A stretch of DNA of 34,746 bases from positions 1 to 34,746 of IMG/VR virus record IMGVR_UViG_3300020403_000040; one strand, written 5' to 3'. The notes under the pieces are model-generated. The model was not told where the DNA came from, did not search any database, and worked only from the letters and a program-made list of their open reading frames with translations. The stretch comes from a virus (Duplodnaviria > Caudoviricetes). Position numbers and translations under genes: made by a program. Positions 1-8,153 of the stretch are shown here, piece after piece. How positions within the stretch are numbered: position 1 is the stretch's first letter; the number at the start of each line of letters is the position of its first letter.

Positions 1-2
1 TT

Positions 3-3000
3 TTCGTTTACAATTGCTACAACTTGATCTGAATCAAATCCAGATTGAGTTACGCCAAGATACTTGAAGATAGTTACTACGTCATCTGAATCTGGAGCAG
101 ATAGTAATGTTATAGTACTACCATCTGTAGCAATATAATCATCGGAATCTTCTAATAAGATACCATTAGAATATACTTGTATTTTACCAGCAGTATATGA
201 TAATAAGTTGTTATGAGTATCTCTACCAGATATTTCTGAATCACCTACTGTAGAACCACCATCAGGTGTATACTTAAAGGTAAATCTAGATATTTCTAAT
301 TCTTGAGTTACATCTTTACCAAAATACTTTAATACAGATAACTTATCATCACTGTCAGCTGCGGAAACTAAAGTAACTAAGGTACCATTAGTAGCGGTAT
401 AATCAGTGGTATCCATCATTAAGATACCATTTAAGAATACTTGAATCTTATCTACTGCATATGATAAAGTATTACCATTATCATCTGAACCACTAAACGC
501 TGTTTGACCTTGAGTTGCAGTATAATCAAATCTAGTAATGGTAAGATCAGTTAAATTATCATTAAAGATAGCAGCAACTGTATCTGAATCAAAAGTAGAT
601 CTCATCTTTTGAATAACTACTACATCATCTGAATCAGCTGCTAGATTTAGTACTACTGATGTACCGTTTGTAGCGGTATAGTCATCTGAGTCGTTTATTA
701 GTACACCGTTTACATAGACGTTAATGTTTCCAGGTGTGTAAGATAAAGAATTGGTATTTCTATCTGCACCACTAAAAGTAGTCTGAGAATTATTTGCTTT
801 GTACTTAAATGTAGTAAATGTTGATTCTTGAGTAACTACACCACTAGTTTGTAAAGAGGTAATATCATTTCTAAGATCAGCTACAACCTTCAGATCAGAA
901 TCCGTCATACCGGTTCCTGAGCTTGTTGGATTTTCGTTTATTATAGCTACGATTTGATCTGAATCAAATCCTGCAGCTCCTCCGCCGCCTGATCCGCTTG
1001 AATGTGTACTATCAGAATCTTGTTCTATTCTCAGTTGATTAACAGCTTCTTGAAGTGCTTGTAACTTAACAGAATCTGAATCAACATCGTTTCTTAATTT
1101 AGCAACAACAGCTAAATCTGAATCAGTCATTCCAGTTCCAGTGCTATTCTCTGAAATCATAGAAGCTATTTGATCAGAATCAAAACCTTGTTTACCAATT
1201 CTAATAGTACCAACCATACCTGAATGTAGAGTACATTGATAAACTAAAGATTCAGGAGCATCCATAGGTACTACAAACTTAACTAACCCTACCTGAGCTC
1301 CATTATTAGTAACGCCAGATGAATAAGCCGAACCACCGCTAGATAATCTAATCTGGAAAGGATGACCAGAAGCGTTAACCCTAAAGTTATAAGTATGACC
1401 TCTGTGCAAGTAAATAGTTGGATTATCTACACCTGATGGGAAACCATCACCTGTGAAAGTATAAGCCGATGCACCGTTGTTGGCAACATCAAACGACACA
1501 TCCATATCAGTTCTTACTGATTGGATAGCAGTTTCGTCAGAATCTAATCTTGCAGTTAATGAGGTTTCAAGACTACTTAGTTCAGTATCAAGTGCTTGTA
1601 TCTTTAATTCATCTGAATCTAATCTAGGTCCTAATGTGCTTTGAAGAGCTTGAATAGCAGCAGAATCTGATTCTGCATTTTGTTTAATAATTACAATTGC
1701 AGCTGCATCTGATTCAGCATCTCTTCTAGTCTCTGCTAAGTTAAGTGCGTCAGAATCAGTAGATGCTAGTAGTAACTGTATTCTAGCTGTCTCTGAATCA
1801 AGACTAGTCATTACTGAATCTATTCTAGTAGATAGAGCTTGAATAGCTGCACTATCAGAATCCACATCATTTCTTAAAGTAGCAACAACGGACAAGTCAG
1901 AATCATTAGTCAAGTCGGAATAACTAGCTAATCTTATCCAGTTACCACCATGAGCAAAATAAGCTGCTCCAGTAGCGTGAACATGAGCAAACATACCATG
2001 GTAGGTAGATGCGTTAGGTAAATCTACTAGGTTAGAATACACGTTGGCAAATAATACTTTGTTACCGTTACCATCTATATCACCTGACATAGTACCACCA
2101 GCTAATGGTAATCTAGCTGATATAGCAATTTCATCTGAATCTAATCTGGATTCAATCGTAGTTACGTTAGCTTGTAATGCATTAATAGCTGTGAAATCAG
2201 AGTCAAGATCATTTCTAAGGTCAGCCATTACCTTTAGATCTGAGTCTCCTAATGCACCGCCTGATAAAGTTGTTATTTGAGCTTGTAAAGACTGTAGTAC
2301 TAACTCATCAGAATCGGCTCTACTTTCAAGTGAGGTAATTCTACCCCCGTATGCATTTTGAGTAGCTTGAAGAGTCGCAACTGTACCGTTGATAGTTTGT
2401 ACTTTAGCCGATTCAGAATCTACTCTAGCCTCTAGAAGGGTTATACGACCACCTTGAGAGTTAGTAGTAGAGTTTAAAGTCTGTATACTATCAAAGTTAG
2501 ATTTTATTCTAGTATTAAAATTACCAAAGTCGGAATCTAAATCATTGCGCAAGTCAGCTACAACTTTAAGATCTGAATCTGTCATTCCAGTACCAACACC
2601 GCCGCCGGAACCACCAGAGTTAGCGCTATCTGAATCTTGTTCTAATCTAAGTTGATTTACTTGTTCTTGAATCGATTGTAATTTTGTTTCATCTGAATCT
2701 GATCTTGCTTCTAGTGTAGCTAATCTTCCATTTTGAACTGTTTGAGTAGATTGTACTGAACTAACACTACTATCAATACTAGATAATCTAGCATTTATTC
2801 TAGCACTTTCAGAATCCATATCAGTTCTAATAGCTTGTATACCACTACTATCAGAATCTAAATCATTTCTAATTAATGTAATATATGCTGAATCTATATC
2901 AGCTTGAGTTTTAAGAGCTTGAATGACTATTGTATCTGAATCTGCGTCTCTTCTTAGTTCAGCAATAGCTATTTGATCACTATCAGCATTAGATAATAAC

Positions 3001-4013
3001 AATTGTATACGAGCTGTTTCAGAGTCTAGAAGATCTTTAGTTACTAGATTATGTTCACGGAACATGTTAACAACTTCTTCTGAATCAACCATAGTTAATA
3101 CAAATTCAGAATCAACTTTACCTAAGTTATTATTTACAAAATTAATAATAGTAACAAAGTTTTTATCAACGGTATCCATAACTCTATCAGAGTCATAGAA
3201 CCATCCGTGTTCACCACCCATATTAAAGACTTCATCAGAATCAACAAAGTCATCTTTAAGAGCTATTTCACCAGCTTTAATAATAGTTTGTACTACTCTA
3301 TCCGAATCAAAAGTAGCAGTAGTGTTTATACCTTTTTGTGCTGAGGCAATAACTAAATCGGAATCATGAAAAGGGTTACTACCAAAAGCACCAGTAGCTC
3401 TATAGTATTCAAATATATTATTAGGTGAACTGTTTTCACCTCTTACAAATCTTTTTATCCCTAGTAAAGAACCGCCATCAGAATCAGATTCTTGTTTTAA
3501 TCTTTGAATATCTCTTGCATGATCTGAATCGTTATCTCTAGATTCAATTCTAAAAGCTACAAAGTCAGTCTTAAGAGTTGACACTTTAGCTGATTCAGAA
3601 TCTACTCTATTCTGAACAGTTGCAATAGTTGCATCAACTGAATCAAATCTATTATTAACTCTAGCATACTCAGAATCAAACTGATTATTTACAATTTGAA
3701 TTTGACTATCAATATATTCACTTAATGCTTGAATAGCTATACTGTCACTATCAGCATCTGATCTTAATTTAGCTACAACTGCTAAGTCGGAATCAGTAAC
3801 CCCTGCGCCGCCACCACCAGATGTAAGAGCAGCAATGTCTAAATTTTTAAGAACTGTAGCTACAACAAGGTCAGAATCATATACTTCTGATTTGTTACTA
3901 CTTATATAACTAGTAACGAATTCTTCAACAGTGACCTGTGGGTCACCTATTTTTAATGTTGTAATGCCTCTCAGTTCACCAGTGCGAGCGTTATACGTAA
4001 ATCTTTGCGGCAT
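3..4013 (-). CDS. Giant virion fibre/structural protein (partial, runs off window start; at least 1337 aa) with coiled-coil segments, a His-rich module, a cupredoxin-like domain and beta-repeat domains
   Basis: Manually translated: ATG at 4013-4011 (MPQRFTYNARTGELRGIT), SD GAGG upstream, no in-frame stop to the window edge. Contains the fibre motif LPLAGGTMSGDI, YHGMFAHVH, GHPF...YQCTLHSGM and three VxxNG(V/I)L...DYxATxG repeats. Absent from the ORF track, presumably because it has no stop in the window. Confidence 0.9.
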   Translation of the reverse strand, partial: MPQRFTYNARTGELRGITTLKIGDPQVTVEEFVTSYISSNKSEVYDSDLVVATVLKNLDIAALTSGGGGAGVTDSDLAVVAKLRSDADSDSIAIQALSEYIDSQIQIVNNQFDSEYARVNNRFDSVDATIATVQNRVDSESAKVSTLKTDFVAFRIESRDNDSDHARDIQRLKQESDSDGGSLLGIKRFVRGENSSPNNIFEYYRATGAFGSNPFHDSDLVIASAQKGINTTATFDSDRVVQTIIKAGEIALKDDFVDSDEVFNMGGEHGWFYDSDRVMDTVDKNFVTIINFVNNNLGKVDSEFVLTMVDSEEVVNMFREHNLVTKDLLDSETARIQLLLSNADSDQIAIAELRRDADSDTIVIQALKTQADIDSAYITLIRNDLDSDSSGIQAIRTDMDSESARINARLSSIDSSVSSVQSTQTVQNGRLATLEARSDSDETKLQSIQEQVNQLRLEQDSDSANSGGSGGGVGTGMTDSDLKVVADLRNDLDSDFGNFNTRIKSNFDSIQTLNSTTNSQGGRITLLEARVDSESAKVQTINGTVATLQATQNAYGGRITSLESRADSDELVLQSLQAQITTLSGGALGDSDLKVMADLRNDLDSDFTAINALQANVTTIESRLDSDEIAISARLPLAGGTMSGDIDGNGNKVLFANVYSNLVDLPNASTYHGMFAHVHATGAAYFAHGGNWIRLASYSDLTNDSDLSVVATLRNDVDSDSAAIQALSTRIDSVMTSLDSETARIQLLLASTDSDALNLAETRRDAESDAAAIVIIKQNAESDSAAIQALQSTLGPRLDSDELKIQALDTELSSLETSLTARLDSDETAIQSVRTDMDVSFDVANNGASAYTFTGDGFPSGVDNPTIYLHRGHTYNFRVNASGHPFQIRLSSGGSAYSSGVTNNGAQVGLVKFVVPMDAPESLVYQCTLHSGMVGTIRIGKQGFDSDQIASMISENSTGTGMTDSDLAVVAKLRNDVDSDSVKLQALQEAVNQLRIEQDSDSTHSSGSGGGGAAGFDSDQIVAIINENPTSSGTGMTDSDLKVVADLRNDITSLQTSGVVTQESTFTTFKYKANNSQTTFSGADRNTNSLSYTPGNINVYVNGVLINDSDDYTATNGTSVVLNLAADSDDVVVIQKMRSTFDSDTVAAIFNDNLTDLTITRFDYTATQGQTAFSGSDDNGNTLSYAVDKIQVFLNGILMMDTTDYTATNGTLVTLVSAADSDDKLSVLKYFGKDVTQELEISRFTFKYTPDGGSTVGDSEISGRDTHNNLLSYTAGKIQVYSNGILLEDSDDYIATDGSTITLLSAPDSDDVVTIFKYLGVTQSGFDSDQVVAIVNE
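60..815 (-). repeat. Three tandem beta-rich phage structural repeats of about 70-80 aa
   Basis: Units: FKYKANNSQTTFSG..LSY..VYVNGVLINDSDDYTATNGTSVVLNLAADSDDVV; FDYTATQGQTAFSG..LSY..VFLNGILMMDTTDYTATNGTLVTLVSAADSDDKL; FKYTPDGG..LSY..VYSNGILLEDSDDYIATDGSTITLLSAPDSDDVV. Confidence 0.85.
2766..3026 (-). repeat. 14-residue (42-nt) periodic coiled-coil repeat with a D-S-D/E anchor
   Basis: Asp codons at 3024, 2982, 2940, 2898, 2856, 2814 and 2772: DSE-TARIQLLLSNA-DSD-QIAIAELRRDA-DSD-TIVIQALKTQA-DID-SAYITLIRNDL-DSD-SSGIQAIRTDM-DSE-SARINARLSSI-DSS. Confidence 0.85.
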
Positions 4014-4034
4014 AATATTCCTCTAGAGTTTTAT

Positions 4035-4042
4035 TATTTATT
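4035..4042 (-). promoter_or_regulatory. T4-type late promoter-like box (AATAAATA) upstream of the giant fibre gene
   Basis: Matches NATAAATA in the 30-nt gap between the gp17 stop and the ATG at 4013. Confidence 0.6.
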
Positions 4043-4043
4043 G

Positions 4044-5900
4044 TTATAGATTTACGGTTTTATACACATCTTCATACCAAGATGGCAATTCAGGTTCTCT
4101 ATTTTCATCAACTACTACCCATAAGTCACCCGTATTATCCATAATTCTCTCATTCATAGTCGCAAAAGATTGAAAACCTAAAGGCATATCATCTTCTTGT
4201 TCATTGAGTTTATCTTTGTAAATTTCATCTGATGGATTAGTTTCAGTCATTTCTTTCCAGTAATCAGAACCTACACACCATCCAAACAATACCATACACA
4301 TAACTAAATCATCATTAGTACCAGGTTCAGCTGCAAAAGAAGAGTTTACGTTATCATTTTTTCTTGTAAAGGTAGTCATCTCTACATAGATATCATAATC
4401 CGTAGTTAATAACTTATCAGTCTCTATAAGAGATTTAAAGTTAGAACAACCTTTAGTCTTTACAGATGCAGAGGTAGTAACACCTAGTTTTGAACTTTGT
4501 CCTTCTCCTAATACAAAACCAGCTCTTCCTTTAGTTACAGTTTTAAGTAAATTTTCATATTCAAAATCATCATGTAAAGCACCAACAACCTGACCACCAA
4601 CATCGTTAGTCTCTACCAAAATATGTGCGTTATTGAAAAATGTTCCTATGTTAGCTAAAAACTGAGGATAAATCATAGGTGTTACAGTATTCGATCTATA
4701 TTTAGCTACCACTTTATAAGGAATAGTAGTAACATCAAACACTACAAAGGCTGAATAATCTAATCTTAGACCTCTAGCACAATCAACTGTAATTAAGTAT
4801 CTATGATCTTCTTTTGGCTCTTCATAAAAATCTACTTCGTCTTTTTTTCTTATAGGATTAATAAAGGACATATTAGCTAACTTTGACGGTGATATAAGAG
4901 TAGAAGCTGAACCTATAAATTGAGTTTCAAATTCTTGTCTAAATTGATCTTCTGATGTGTTAGCTATCTGTTGCTGTTTCCAATTGTCATCTCTTCCTGG
5001 AACATCCCACCAGTTTATCTCTATAGGCTTAAAAGCTGATCTCTGCTCTTGAGCTTCCATCCACATTTTGTAAAAATGATTCATACCTTTAGGAGTAGAT
5101 ACTACTATCATTTTAGTATCTGAACCTGATGAGATAGTAGGATAAACGGAACGGAAAAAATCTTCAGCGTCATGAGGAGGTACAAATGCAAACTCATCTA
5201 GAAATAATAAACTAAATGACATACCTCGAGCAGCTGAACCAGAACTAGAAGTTGCAACAATTCTAGATCCGTTTTCTAAACTAATTGATCTTTTATTGTA
5301 AGTTTCAACACCTTGCTGTAACCAGAAAGGTAAACTTTCATATGCTAATTGTAATCTTCCTAACAACTCTTGAGCCAATTCACCTTTGTTAGCAAGTATA
5401 CCTACATTTTTACCTTGGTTAAAAAGTACATACCATAAAATAAAAGCAACACTTGTAGTAGATTTACCACACTGTCTAGGAAGTTTACATATACTAAATC
5501 TATTATCTTTAAAGCTGTCAACCATTTTCTTTTGAAAACCGTAAAGAGTAAAAGGAATAGCACCAAAGTCAACAGACATAATTTTAACGTAAGTCTCAGA
5601 AAAATATATTGGATCTTCCATACACTTTTTATATTCTCTAAGCTGTTCAGGAGTATATTCTAGATTTGAATGAGGAGCTTTTACGTTAGGATTACCTAAG
5701 TAATGAGATACATTAGTAGGATTTCTTACAAATAATTCAGGATGAGTTTCTTCAGTTGGCGCGTCTTTATAAGTTCTTTGTTCTGCTAACCAACCTAATA
5801 AATCTTTTTTAGTTTTAACTAATACTTCACCAAAAGTTTTCCAATCTTTATGTAGATTAGAATCATATTCTTTTTTAAGTACTACTTGATAATCGCTCAT
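4044..5900 (-). CDS. gp17: Terminase large subunit (T4 gp17-like)
   Basis: YLGNPNVK N-terminal motif, Walker A PRQCGKST, Walker B LLFLDEFAF, VSTPKGMNHFY, nuclease VDCARG and DDLVM. Confidence 0.97.
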   Translation of the reverse strand: MSDYQVVLKKEYDSNLHKDWKTFGEVLVKTKKDLLGWLAEQRTYKDAPTEETHPELFVRNPTNVSHYLGNPNVKAPHSNLEYTPEQLREYKKCMEDPIYFSETYVKIMSVDFGAIPFTLYGFQKKMVDSFKDNRFSICKLPRQCGKSTTSVAFILWYVLFNQGKNVGILANKGELAQELLGRLQLAYESLPFWLQQGVETYNKRSISLENGSRIVATSSSGSAARGMSFSLLFLDEFAFVPPHDAEDFFRSVYPTISSGSDTKMIVVSTPKGMNHFYKMWMEAQEQRSAFKPIEINWWDVPGRDDNWKQQQIANTSEDQFRQEFETQFIGSASTLISPSKLANMSFINPIRKKDEVDFYEEPKEDHRYLITVDCARGLRLDYSAFVVFDVTTIPYKVVAKYRSNTVTPMIYPQFLANIGTFFNNAHILVETNDVGGQVVGALHDDFEYENLLKTVTKGRAGFVLGEGQSSKLGVTTSASVKTKGCSNFKSLIETDKLLTTDYDIYVEMTTFTRKNDNVNSSFAAEPGTNDDLVMCMVLFGWCVGSDYWKEMTETNPSDEIYKDKLNEQEDDMPLGFQSFATMNERIMDNTGDLWVVVDENREPELPSWYEDVYKTVNL

Positions 5901-6256
5901 TCCTTACCCAACAAGTCTAACAAATCTTTTGTGTTTAATTTTACATTTAAGTTATTAGTTGTAGATTGTTTTTCTTTATTAGGGTTATTAAGCTTTTCTG
6001 TTCTAAGTTGGTGTTCCATCATTTTTTGCGCAATATCACTTAAAGCTGTGGCCGTACCTGTTGCTACTTCTATAGCTCTAGGATGCTCAGATTCTTGAGC
6101 TAACTGTACAGCAGCATCAAGAATATCTTGTAATCTTTCTGCCGATGAATATAATAATTCTCTAGAATAAGTATAATCATCGCCTCTATTTTGAAGTACT
6201 GTTGCTAAATCTTTTTCGATAACAGATACTTCTTGAGAAATGTCTTTCTCACTCAT
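5897..6256 (-). CDS. gp16: Terminase small subunit (T4 gp16-like)
   Basis: DDYTYSRE, AQESEHPRAIEV and TTNNLNV..TKDLLDLL motifs; 4-nt ATGA overlap with gp17; SD AGGAG. Confidence 0.9.
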   Translation of the reverse strand: MSEKDISQEVSVIEKDLATVLQNRGDDYTYSRELLYSSAERLQDILDAAVQLAQESEHPRAIEVATGTATALSDIAQKMMEHQLRTEKLNNPNKEKQSTTNNLNVKLNTKDLLDLLGKE

Positions 6257-6283
6257 AAAATAATCTCCTGTATATCTATAATA

Positions 6284-6291
6284 ATTAAATA
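6284..6291 (+). promoter_or_regulatory. Possible late promoter (ATTAAATA, TAAATA core) for the plus-strand enzyme operon
   Basis: Imperfect match in the gp16/desaturase divergent gap; the AT-rich background lowers its significance. Confidence 0.35.
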
Positions 6292-6333
6292 ATTAGAAGC
6301 TTGTTTTACGAACGAGAAGCTACTCTCTAATAT

Positions 6334-6341
6334 TATTTATT
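6334..6341 (-). promoter_or_regulatory. T4-type late promoter-like box (AATAAATA) for gp16-gp17
   Basis: NATAAATA on the minus strand in the divergent intergenic gap upstream of gp16. Confidence 0.55.
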
Positions 6342-6345
6342 AATT

Positions 6346-6861
6346 ATGGCGTTATTAGGTATTTACATTTCATATATCATTTTAGCTTCTATTGGAGCTA
6401 CTTTTGGATTACATAGATATTGGTCTCATAAACAAGGTAAAAGAAGAATTTGGTTTGAATGGTTAAGTCTATTATGTGCTTTACCATTAGGTGTATATAA
6501 ACCTTTGGGTTGGATAGGTGTACATAGATTACATCATAAGTATTCTGATACAGAACTTGACCCTCATTGCCCGGATCACAAAGGTTTAAAAGTATTATTC
6601 TCAGACTTTTCAGATTCAAAAGTACCTTTATCTTTAGTTAGAGACGTAGCAGTAAATCCAAGGATACAATTTTTTCAAAAGTATGGAAAATATCTTATAT
6701 GGATATTTGTTTTTCTTACTCCATATTTTATAATTATGGCATATGCAGGTATGGGAATACTTAATTACTTTGGACACAATAATGGACAAGCTGTTAATAA
6801 CTGGTTGATTAATATATTAGCTCCATTCGAAGGTAATCATAAGGATCACCATACATGGTAG
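6346..6861 (+). CDS. Membrane fatty-acid desaturase (delta-9/DesC-like), compact
   Basis: Three His boxes (HRYWSH, HRLHHKYSDTELDPH, EGNHKDHH) and hydrophobic segments. Confidence 0.9.
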   Translation: MALLGIYISYIILASIGATFGLHRYWSHKQGKRRIWFEWLSLLCALPLGVYKPLGWIGVHRLHHKYSDTELDPHCPDHKGLKVLFSDFSDSKVPLSLVRDVAVNPRIQFFQKYGKYLIWIFVFLTPYFIIMAYAGMGILNYFGHNNGQAVNNWLINILAPFEGNHKDHHTW

Positions 6862-7517
6862 AACCACTCTTACACTTTGATTGGAAAGTCAACAAAGAAA
6901 AACTTAAACAAGCTTTTACTACTTTTCGTACTAGTCTTTCTCCCGATGATTATATAGCTCCTGACAGGTTAATTTCTATACCTATAAACAGAGTACCTAC
7001 TCATAATGATTGTCATGGTTACTATAAGTATGATGATGGAGAAGACATAACTTTTTATTATGTAGATAATACAGGGGTAAGAATTAGAACAGTATTTAAA
7101 TCAGCTGAAGGTAGTTTAGTTTCTCCAGACTTTCATAATGTTTGGTTTGAAAAGCATAGAGGTAAACCAGCAGTAGAATATATTATGTTTGAAATGGATT
7201 CTTTAGCTAAGAAATTAAGTATAGAAAAATATATTGTAAGGTGTTTAATACTTAAACCTAATAACTTTCTAACTTGGCACAAAGATGGTGAACTTGTAAA
7301 AGCTTCAGTAAATTTTCATATTGGTGAAAGTAGAGACCCTGTAACTTTTTGGCCTAATTTAAAATATGAATATAACACTGCTTTGTTAAACAATCAACAT
7401 TTTCATAAAGTAGATAGTGTATCATCTGAAAGAGTAACTCTTAAGCTCATAAGTTTATCTAGTAGTTATGAAGATATCTATAAAAGGATTAAAGATAATG
7501 ATTGTAAAATATACTGA
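6855..7517 (+). CDS. Putative 2OG-Fe(II) oxygenase (DSBH fold)
   Basis: LTWHKD (HxD), SVNF, LLNNQHFHKV (distal His), ERVTL (Arg). Confidence 0.7.
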   Translation: MVEPLLHFDWKVNKEKLKQAFTTFRTSLSPDDYIAPDRLISIPINRVPTHNDCHGYYKYDDGEDITFYYVDNTGVRIRTVFKSAEGSLVSPDFHNVWFEKHRGKPAVEYIMFEMDSLAKKLSIEKYIVRCLILKPNNFLTWHKDGELVKASVNFHIGESRDPVTFWPNLKYEYNTALLNNQHFHKVDSVSSERVTLKLISLSSSYEDIYKRIKDNDCKIY

Positions 7518-8151
7518 TTTAGATAAAGACCTTTATCAAAGGTTGTTAAAGGATTTAGAAAAACCAATATACATTGCAGATTATTATGCAGATAACTATT
7601 ACAAACCTGACGGTATTGAATCTCATTTTAAAATAAACATACCATTACCTTTAGGCGAAGAGCATAGAGTAAAGATTAAAGATTTACCTGCTAAAGGCTA
7701 TCGTTATACGAAAAAATATTCAAACGATATGTGGGATTCATATAATGATATACCTAATGGTAATCCGCATGCTATTATTGTATCAAAAGTTAAAGAAGAG
7801 CTAGCTCCATCAATTAGAGATATAATTAAACTAATAGTAAACAAAGAAGGTTATGTTGGTTATAATAAAGTAACATGTACACTTGCATGTAAAAGTAAAG
7901 ATTTTAAATTAGTAATACACACAGATAGATCAAGTCCTAAATTTACAAACGGTATTAGATATCATGTTATAGTAAAATCAAATGAAGATAACTATCTTTG
8001 TGATGTTGATGATTATGACGGTAACGGTTTAGTTGAACATAGAATGGAGGCAGGAACAATATGGGCTTTAGATTCAACTACACTTCATTACGCACATAAC
8101 AAAAGTACTAAAGAAGGTGGTATTCATCTTATAATAGATTTTATGGAGTAA
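7498..8151 (+). CDS. Aspartyl/asparaginyl beta-hydroxylase-like 2OG-Fe(II) oxygenase
   Basis: IHTD, RYHVIVKSN, GTIWALDSTTLHYAHN, IHLIID; start moved to ATG 7498 (AAGGA upstream). Confidence 0.75.
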   Translation: MIVKYTDLDKDLYQRLLKDLEKPIYIADYYADNYYKPDGIESHFKINIPLPLGEEHRVKIKDLPAKGYRYTKKYSNDMWDSYNDIPNGNPHAIIVSKVKEELAPSIRDIIKLIVNKEGYVGYNKVTCTLACKSKDFKLVIHTDRSSPKFTNGIRYHVIVKSNEDNYLCDVDDYDGNGLVEHRMEAGTIWALDSTTLHYAHNKSTKEGGIHLIIDFME

Positions 8152-8153
8152 AA

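Noticed and set aside
2044-2280. 78-aa plus-strand ORF
   Set aside because: Antisense shadow of the giant minus-strand fibre gene
1-4013. Recurrent TCTGAATC/TCAGAATC as a DNA repeat, CRISPR array or binding site
   Set aside because: Occurs in the coding frame with synonymous variation and has no long conserved repeat/spacer structure; explained by the DS[DE] peptide
5705-5900. About 65-aa N-terminal stretch of gp17 before YLGNPN
   Set aside because: T4 gp17 has a comparable N-terminal region; no intein or intron signature seen in the gene
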